A stretch of DNA of 64,000 nt from an uncultured Alphaproteobacteria bacterium (GTDB lineage: Bacteria; Pseudomonadota; Alphaproteobacteria; HIMB59; GCA-002718135): the NCBI GenBank assembly GCA_902612825.1, contig CACMET010000001.1, positions 35,014-99,013 on the forward strand. The letters are read 5' to 3'. The position numbers and the translations under genes were made by a program. The notes beneath the pieces are model-generated. The model searched no databases and had not been told where the DNA came from. It saw only the letters and a list, made by a program, of their open reading frames with translations. Below are positions 57,894 to 64,000 of the stretch, piece after piece (the first letter of the stretch is position 1; each line of letters opens with the position of its first letter).

Positions 57894-58553
57894 ATGAAAT
57901 ACAAAGCATTACTTTTTGGATCAATTGGAACACTGATTGAATCTTCTAATATCCAACGTAATTCATTTAACGAAGCCTTTAAAGAAGCTGGTTTAGATTG
58001 GTATTGGGACGAGCAAGATTATAGAATTTTATTAAAAAAATCAGGTGGCACTAAGAGAGTAGAAGATTTTGCAGAAAAAAATAATATCAATGTTAATGCA
58101 TCACAAATTAGAGATAGAAAAACAGAATTATTTAGTTCATTCATTATTCAAAACAAACAAAAATTAAGAGAAAGTGTTTATGAAATGATTAGATATACTA
58201 AAGATAATAATATTAAACTTGCATTCTCAACTTCTACAACTGTAAATAATGTAGAAGCTGTATTTGAAAGTCTTTCTAATCAAATTTCAAAAGCGGATTT
58301 TGATTTTATTGGAAATAGATCATTTGTTAACAATGAAAAACCTCATCCAGAGATATATAAAGTAACACTAGAAAAATTAAATTTAAAACCTGAAGAATGT
58401 CTTGCAATTGAAGATACAGAGGAAAGTAGTAATGCCGCTGTTAATGCAAGTGTTAAATGTATTGCATTTCCAGGTGATTTTCACAAAGAAGATAAATTTG
58501 ATATGTGCATCAAAAAAATGAATTTATTAGATCAAACCATTTTTTCATTGTAA
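57894..58553 (+). CDS. HAD-IA (CbbY/beta-PGM-like) protein lacking both motif-I aspartates
   Basis: 219 aa. Motif I reads FGSIGTL instead of FDxDGTL. Motifs II (FSTST), III (KPHPEIY) and IV (IEDTE) are recognisable. Confidence 0.75.
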   Translation: MKYKALLFGSIGTLIESSNIQRNSFNEAFKEAGLDWYWDEQDYRILLKKSGGTKRVEDFAEKNNINVNASQIRDRKTELFSSFIIQNKQKLRESVYEMIRYTKDNNIKLAFSTSTTVNNVEAVFESLSNQISKADFDFIGNRSFVNNEKPHPEIYKVTLEKLNLKPEECLAIEDTEESSNAAVNASVKCIAFPGDFHKEDKFDMCIKKMNLLDQTIFSL

Positions 58554-58566
58554 ATTATACGCATAA

Positions 58567-59334
58567 ATGTTTCTAAAAAAATTCGAAGTAAAAGATAAGA
58601 CTGCGCTTGTTACAGGTGCAGGTAAAGGGATTGGTAAAGCATCTGCAATCGCACTGGCAGAAGCTGGAGCAAATTTAATAATTATAAGTAGAACAGAAAA
58701 AGATCTTATAGCTGTTAAAAACCAAATTAAAAAAATTAAAAGAAAATGCAACTACTTTGTTTGTGATGTAACAAATTTAAAAGAAATAAAAAAAATATTT
58801 TCTAAAATTCCAAAATTAGACATATTAGTAAATAACGCTGGAACAAATAGGCCAGAATATTTTACTAAAATTAAAAGAAAAGATATGAGTGAAGTGGTTG
58901 ATCTTAATATTAAAGCATCATTTGATATTGCTCAATTAGCAACAAAAATTATGCTAAAATCAACAAATAGAAAAAAAAGTGGTGGATCAATTATAAATAT
59001 TTCATCTCAGTTAGGTAAAGTTGGAGCTCCTCTTAGAAGTGTTTACAATATGACCAAGTTTGGCGTTGAAGGTCTAACTAAAGGAATGGCTATCGATTTA
59101 GCAAAACACAACATTAGAGTTAATTCAGTTTGCCCTACATTTGTTGAAACTCCTATGGTTAAAAAATTTTTCAAAGATAAAAATTTTAAAAAATCTGTTA
59201 TTGAAAATATACCTTTAGGAAAAGTAGCAACAGAAAGTGATATTGCTAGTGCAGTAGTGTATCTTGCTTCTGATGCTGCATCGATGATAACTGGCTCTTC
59301 ATTAGTAATTGATGGAGGATGGACTGCTAAATAA
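58567..59334 (+). CDS. SDR-family oxidoreductase
   Basis: 255 aa. TGAGKGIG, NNAG and S...YNMTK catalytic motifs. Confidence 0.9.
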   Translation: MFLKKFEVKDKTALVTGAGKGIGKASAIALAEAGANLIIISRTEKDLIAVKNQIKKIKRKCNYFVCDVTNLKEIKKIFSKIPKLDILVNNAGTNRPEYFTKIKRKDMSEVVDLNIKASFDIAQLATKIMLKSTNRKKSGGSIINISSQLGKVGAPLRSVYNMTKFGVEGLTKGMAIDLAKHNIRVNSVCPTFVETPMVKKFFKDKNFKKSVIENIPLGKVATESDIASAVVYLASDAASMITGSSLVIDGGWTAK

Positions 59335-60407
59335 TGATTTCTAGAGAATTAAAAAATTTTTTTGCCAACTATCAGATTGCAACTCAAGCATTTAACAAAA
59401 AGACAATTGAAAAATCATTAAGCAATTATTTTACAAAAGAATCTTTATTTAATTTTTGCCATCCTTTTGGAACTTTTAAAGGTTTAAATAATTTTCTTTC
59501 TAAATGTATTTTGCCATTATTGGATAGTATCCCTGATCTAGAAAGAAGAGATATGATTATTATGGCGGGAAAAACCCCTGAAGGGCAAAAATGGATAGGT
59601 ACAATGGGTAATTATATGGGAACTTTTATAAAACCATACTTAGATATTCCACCAACAGGCAATTTAATTCATATGCGCTATCATGAGTTTTTTAAAATAG
59701 AGGAAAATAAAATTACTGAAGTACAATCTATTTGGGACTTACCTGAAATTATGATGCAAGCAAATGCATGGCCAATGTCTCCTCAACTTGGTGCATTTCT
59801 GTGTACCCCAGCTCCTATGACTGGAGATGGCTTGTCAATAAATGGAGAAAAGAAAGAAAATTTTGATCATATTATAGATATGTTAAATGATTTATCCTTA
59901 CATCCTAAAAATCCAGATCCAAAAATTATGAATCTAGAAAAATATTGGCACCCAAATCTTAATTGGTACGGACCAGCCGGAATTGGAACAGGTAGAGGTA
60001 TAGCAGGTTTCAGACATTGGCATCAAATCCCATTTTTAAGAGCAATGCCAGATAGAAAAGGTGGTTCATCAAATGAAAAATTAGCCACCGATGGCATGGA
60101 AGATTTGCAAACACACTGGATACATGAAGGAAATTATGTGTGTGAAACAGGTTGGCCTAATATGAGATTAACAATAACCAATGATGGCTGGATGGGTATT
60201 GCTCCATCAAATCAAGCACTAGAAATGAGAAGTCTTGATTTCTGGAGGCTAGAAAATGGTTTGATTAGAGAAAATTGGGTCTTAATTGATTTACTTGATA
60301 TTTATAGACAAATTGGAATCAATATATTTGACAGAATTAAAGAGTTTAATAAAGCTCGTCAAACAGGACATATCAATTTATCTGATGGATTAGATGTTTT
60401 AAAGTAG
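59334..60407 (+). CDS. Tandem NTF2-like (SnoaL/ester-cyclase-like) protein, paralogue C
   Basis: 357 aa. Shares IPDLERR, PxTGDG, YWHPxxxWxGPAGIGTxRG and GLIRENWVxID...QIGIxIF blocks with 49053-50150. Confidence 0.6.
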   Translation: MISRELKNFFANYQIATQAFNKKTIEKSLSNYFTKESLFNFCHPFGTFKGLNNFLSKCILPLLDSIPDLERRDMIIMAGKTPEGQKWIGTMGNYMGTFIKPYLDIPPTGNLIHMRYHEFFKIEENKITEVQSIWDLPEIMMQANAWPMSPQLGAFLCTPAPMTGDGLSINGEKKENFDHIIDMLNDLSLHPKNPDPKIMNLEKYWHPNLNWYGPAGIGTGRGIAGFRHWHQIPFLRAMPDRKGGSSNEKLATDGMEDLQTHWIHEGNYVCETGWPNMRLTITNDGWMGIAPSNQALEMRSLDFWRLENGLIRENWVLIDLLDIYRQIGINIFDRIKEFNKARQTGHINLSDGLDVLK

Positions 60408-61265
60408 CTAATTTTCCTTATTAATAAAATAAGTTGCTACGATTACAATTATACCACCAATAAAAGTAATTAAAGTTGGTATTTCATAAAAAATTATAAA
60501 CGTTAACAACACACCAAATACAGGAAATAGAGCATAAAATGGAAATACTCTATTTACAGGATACATCCTATATAAATAGAACATCGACATGTGTGCAGCA
60601 ATTGAAACAAAGATACCTGAATGAAATATTAATAACCATGACTGAAAACTAATAGTTTTTATTTCGTTTATTGTTTGTCCTTCAAATATTGATGATGAAA
60701 TAATTAATAACATAAATCCTACTAATCCCATTACTGCATTTGTGAGAGTGACCTCTAAATCTTTAAGGTATCTGGAAAATACCTGTGCACTAGCATAAAA
60801 GAATGCCATTAACGTTATTAAGATTAATGCAAAAATTTCACTTCTTATTAAAGGATCAAAGCCTAACAAAATAATTCCAAAAAAAGAAATAAATATAAGC
60901 ACCCATTTTTTAATACTTACTTTCTCTTTTAAAAAAAATGAGCTTAATAATATTGCAAATGGTACAGCCAATTGAGAACCAATAATTATCGGAGAAACTA
61001 TGTTTGCTTCATTTAAAGACAATGTCATAAAAACATTTGCTAAAAAACCCATAGAAATTGAAAAAAAGAGAAGTGGTAACCAGTATTTTTTTTCAGGAAT
61101 TCTAAATCTCCAAAAAGGCAAAAGGCATATGAAAACCACTAACATTCTTAAACTTCCCATTAATAATGGGGGTACATTTTCATTAAAAATAACTTTCTGA
61201 ACGGGGTATGCACTTCCAAATAAAAAAGTGATTATTAAAATTAAAAAATAATGTCTTAAAAGCAT
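60408..61265 (-). CDS. DMT-superfamily (EamA-like) transporter
   Basis: 285 aa, ~10 TM in two similar halves. Confidence 0.85.
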   Translation of the reverse strand: MLLRHYFLILIITFLFGSAYPVQKVIFNENVPPLLMGSLRMLVVFICLLPFWRFRIPEKKYWLPLLFFSISMGFLANVFMTLSLNEANIVSPIIIGSQLAVPFAILLSSFFLKEKVSIKKWVLIFISFFGIILLGFDPLIRSEIFALILITLMAFFYASAQVFSRYLKDLEVTLTNAVMGLVGFMLLIISSSIFEGQTINEIKTISFQSWLLIFHSGIFVSIAAHMSMFYLYRMYPVNRVFPFYALFPVFGVLLTFIIFYEIPTLITFIGGIIVIVATYFINKEN

Positions 61266-61288
61266 TCGAGCTAAAATTTATTTACTGG

Positions 61289-62188
61289 TTAGTTATTTGC
61301 AGCAACTACAGCTGCCATAATTGATGCAAGTTTAGAATTTTTACTATCTGCTCGACTAGGAACCACAACTGGTACTTTACCACCAATTACTATTCCTGCT
61401 GCACAAGCATTCATAAAATAAACCATTATTTTGGATAAAGAATTTCCAGTTTCTAAATTAGGAACTAATAATACATCAGTATTACCAGCAACATCGTTCT
61501 TAATCCCTTTTATTTTAGCTGCTTCCTCAGAAACAGCATTATCAAAAGCAAGCGGCCCATGAACAAAAGCATTAATTTTTTCTTCTAACGCAAGTTCCAT
61601 AACTTTTTTGGCATCAACTGAACTTGGCATACTATCAATTGGATCTTCTGTACCTGATAAAATTGCAACTTTTGGTTTGTTAATGTTTAATTTATTACAA
61701 AACTGCACAGCATTTTTAAGAATTTGTAATTTTATATCAACTCTTGGTAAAACATTTAAGGCGCCATCAGTGATAAAAAGAGGTTTTTTAAGCTGCGGTG
61801 TAGTCATATGCCAAATATGACTTAATCTTCTGCCATCAAGTAAATTAAATTCTTTTTTTAAATAAGAGCGCATTAAAATATCAGTATGGAGGTTCCCTTT
61901 AATTATGATTTTACTTTTATTTTCATTAGACATCTGACAAGCAATTGAAGCACTATCCTCTTCATCTTTAGCCTCTACAATATTAAAATTAGAAATATCA
62001 AAACTTAAATTTTTCGCTGTTTCAGCAATTGAACTTCTATTTCCAATTAAAGTTGGATCGATGAGGTTCATATTCTTACCTTCAATTACAGCTGATAATA
62101 TGCTTTCTTGATTGGGGCACACAACAGCTGCAGGTATGTTAGGAGTTTCTAAAGCTTTACTTTTAAGATCTTCTGGTAATGTGCTCAT
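61289..62188 (-). CDS. pta: Phosphate acetyltransferase (PTA_PTB family, short form)
   Basis: 299 aa. ITDGALNV and VVPSRADS...KLASIMAAV patterns. Same neighbourhood as xsc and the aminotransferase-ald pair. Confidence 0.8.
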   Translation of the reverse strand: MSTLPEDLKSKALETPNIPAAVVCPNQESILSAVIEGKNMNLIDPTLIGNRSSIAETAKNLSFDISNFNIVEAKDEEDSASIACQMSNENKSKIIIKGNLHTDILMRSYLKKEFNLLDGRRLSHIWHMTTPQLKKPLFITDGALNVLPRVDIKLQILKNAVQFCNKLNINKPKVAILSGTEDPIDSMPSSVDAKKVMELALEEKINAFVHGPLAFDNAVSEEAAKIKGIKNDVAGNTDVLLVPNLETGNSLSKIMVYFMNACAAGIVIGGKVPVVVPSRADSKNSKLASIMAAVVAANN

Positions 62189-62306
62189 ATTTGGTATTCT
62201 CTCTATACCACTGCTACAATTTTTCCTATGATATTTCTTTATTGTGTAAGAAATATTCTTTGATTTATCGATAATTTCATATACTCAATCTCTATTAAGG
62301 AAAAAT

Positions 62307-63647
62307 ATGGACTTAGAAAAAAGAACTGAAATACCTAATTCATTAGAAGAACATTGGATGCCATTTACATCTAATAGAGACTATAAAAATAGTCCAAGAT
62401 TAATGGTTAAGGCAGAAGGTGTTTATTACACTGATCATTATGGAAATAAATTAATTGATGCTAGCTCAGGATTATTTTGTAGTCCAGCGGGTCATTCAAG
62501 ACCAGAAATAAGAGAAGCAGTATCAAAACAATTAGAGCAATTAGATTATGTTCAACCATTTCAACAAGGTTTTGGCGGTTCATTTGATTTAGCTAGAAAA
62601 GTTTCAAAACATACGCCCGAAGATTTAAATAAAATATTTTTTACTATTTGTGGTTCATCAGCTGTTGAAACAGCAATTAAAACAGCCATAGCATATTTTA
62701 AAGCAAAAGGAGAAGGTCATAGATCTCACATAGTAGGAAGAGAAAGAGGTTATCATGGAATGAATATTGGAGGAATTTCTGTTGGAGGAATGATTGCTAA
62801 TAGAAAAACTTTCTCAAATATTCTCATGCCAAATGTACATCATCTAAGACATACTCATTTACCTGAAAATTTATTTGTAAAAGGCGAACCTGAAACAGGT
62901 GCTGATCTAGCAGATGATCTTGAAAGAATTGCTGGTAACATAGGTGCTGAAAATATTGCAGCATGTATTGTTGAGCCAGTAGCAGGATCAACAGGAACTT
63001 TAGTTCCGCCAAAAGGATATTTAAAAAGGCTAAGAGAAATTTGTGACAAACACGGAATTCTTTTAATTTTTGATGAAGTTATTACTGGCTGGGGAAGAAT
63101 GGGCGCTCCATTTGCAGCCCAAGCTTTTGATGTTTGTCCTGATATCATGACAATGGCTAAAGCAATTACTAATGGTGTTGTACCTTTAGGAGCAGTAGCT
63201 TCACGTGATCATATCTATGACACTATTGTTGATGCTTCACCTACAGGAGCTATAGAATTTTTCCATGGTTATACTTATTCTGCTATACCTGTTTCAATGG
63301 CAGCTGGTTTAGCAATGCAAGATATAATCGAGAAAGAAGATTTATTTAATAGAGCAAAAGACATGTCTCCATATTTCTTAGATGGTTTATTTACTTTGAA
63401 AGACTTAGATATCGTTACTGATATAAGAGGATATGGGATGATGGGAGGAATTGATATTAAAATGGATGAGCGTTTAGGCAAAGCTGGATATGCTTGTTTT
63501 AAAAAATTATTTGAAGCAGGTTTAAGCTTGAAAGCAACAGGTGATTGTTTAATTGTTGCACCTCCATTTACTTGTGAAAAAAAACATATTGACGAGATAA
63601 TTGAAAAATTAAGAACAGGTATCTCAAACTATATGCATGACAGATAA
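62307..63647 (+). CDS. Class III aminotransferase: omega-amino acid / taurine--pyruvate aminotransferase (Tpa-like)
   Basis: 446 aa. Closely colinear with recalled beta-alanine--pyruvate transaminase sequences (WMPFT.NR, GRERGYHG, VEPVAGSTG.LVPPKGYL, LIFDEVITGWGR, FFHGYTYSA). Translationally coupled to ald. Confidence 0.88.
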   Translation: MDLEKRTEIPNSLEEHWMPFTSNRDYKNSPRLMVKAEGVYYTDHYGNKLIDASSGLFCSPAGHSRPEIREAVSKQLEQLDYVQPFQQGFGGSFDLARKVSKHTPEDLNKIFFTICGSSAVETAIKTAIAYFKAKGEGHRSHIVGRERGYHGMNIGGISVGGMIANRKTFSNILMPNVHHLRHTHLPENLFVKGEPETGADLADDLERIAGNIGAENIAACIVEPVAGSTGTLVPPKGYLKRLREICDKHGILLIFDEVITGWGRMGAPFAAQAFDVCPDIMTMAKAITNGVVPLGAVASRDHIYDTIVDASPTGAIEFFHGYTYSAIPVSMAAGLAMQDIIEKEDLFNRAKDMSPYFLDGLFTLKDLDIVTDIRGYGMMGGIDIKMDERLGKAGYACFKKLFEAGLSLKATGDCLIVAPPFTCEKKHIDEIIEKLRTGISNYMHDR

Positions 63648-64000
63648 TGAAAATAGGTGTTCCCTCTGAGATTAAAGCTCAGGAGTCTAGGGTTGGGCTT
63701 ACTCCACAAAGTGTTAAAGAATTAGTAAAGAATAAACATACAGTGTTAATTCAAAAAGATGCCGGTATTGGTGCTGGATTTTCCAATAGTGATTATGAAT
63801 TATCAGGTGCAAAAATTGTAAATTCAGCAGAGGATATTTTCAATGATTCTGAAATGATTGTAAAAGTTAAAGAACCTCTAATGAATGAAGTAGCAATGAT
63901 AAGAGAAAATCAAATTTTATTTACTTATTTACATCTTTCAGCAGCTCCAGAATTGACAAAGGGTTTAATTGATTCAAATTCGATTTGTATAGCTTATGAA
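63647..64000 (+). CDS. ald: Alanine dehydrogenase, N-terminal 118 codons (3' end outside window)
   Basis: MKIGVPSEIKAQESRVGLTPQSVKELV... Start overlaps the upstream stop (TAATG). Not in the track because no stop lies in the window. Confidence 0.9.
   Translation, partial: MKIGVPSEIKAQESRVGLTPQSVKELVKNKHTVLIQKDAGIGAGFSNSDYELSGAKIVNSAEDIFNDSEMIVKVKEPLMNEVAMIRENQILFTYLHLSAAPELTKGLIDSNSICIAYE

Noticed and set aside
178-63481. About 55 further short ORFs in the track that lie antisense or out of frame within larger genes (e.g. 178-387, 775-990, 1215-1418, 3205-3477, 13388-13675, 14579-14839, 19758-20051, 26975-27178, 39868-40221, 42194-42487, 48231-48642, 62855-63148).
   Set aside because: Each is nested in a longer ORF with strong family motifs on the other strand or frame. 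Their compositions are typical of antisense translation of AT-rich genes.
1-64000. Search by eye for tRNA/rRNA/tmRNA/SRP/RNase P RNA genes, riboswitches, CRISPR arrays, IS elements, integrases and defence systems.
   Set aside because: All spacers longer than ~40 bp were read. None has the GC-rich stems, conserved cores or repeat-spacer periodicity expected. No transposase, integrase, restriction, toxin-antitoxin or Cas-like proteins appear in the ORF set. A covariance-model scan (Infernal/tRNAscan) would be needed to exclude small RNAs formally.

Overview
Very AT-rich, almost spacer-free bacterial chromosome segment with many ATGA/TAATG stop-start overlaps. Gene content and order are alphaproteobacterial (dnaX-ybaB-recR, def-fmt-truA, dapE-dapD-argB-engB-yidC-yidD-rnpA-rpmH, petABC, ychF-pth-rplY-prs, uvrC-pgsA-moaDE). 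With the streamlining and composition judged by eye, a SAR11/Pelagibacterales-type genome is the most likely source; this is inference, not verified. Positions 1-41.6 kb hold housekeeping genes plus a complete zinc-uptake locus (znuC-znuB-zur divergent from znuA, with a Zur-box-like palindrome between them). Positions 41.7-64 kb look like accessory metabolism. They hold sulfoacetaldehyde acetyltransferase (xsc), a convergent GMC oxidoreductase, a Ca/Na antiporter, and cysQ with an APS-kinase-like / cytidylyltransferase-like pair. Next comes a ~12.7 kb LacI-associated island: a HisD/HpsN-like dehydrogenase, three tandem-NTF2 (SnoaL-like) proteins, a bicupin, a core-MetE-like protein, a CUT1-type ABC importer without an ATPase gene, a HAD-like protein lacking both catalytic Asp, and an SDR. 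The window ends with a DMT transporter, pta, a taurine/omega-amino-acid:pyruvate aminotransferase and ald. I saw no rRNA, tRNA, CRISPR array, transposase/integrase or recognisable defence genes. Main second-look items: (1) the LacI island, whose two divergent promoter regions share the same palindrome half-site (TTGAATA) and whose enzyme set matches no pathway I can name; (2) an unannotated 27-codon ORF with 9 cysteines next to znuA (metallothionein-like); (3) an (HDD)18 tract in ZnuA encoded by higher-order 27-nt repeats; (4) argB broken by a +1 insertion in a 7-nt homopolymer; (5) cytochrome b with PNWY in place of the Qo-site PEWY motif. All functional calls come from motif recognition by eye and memory; no database search was possible.
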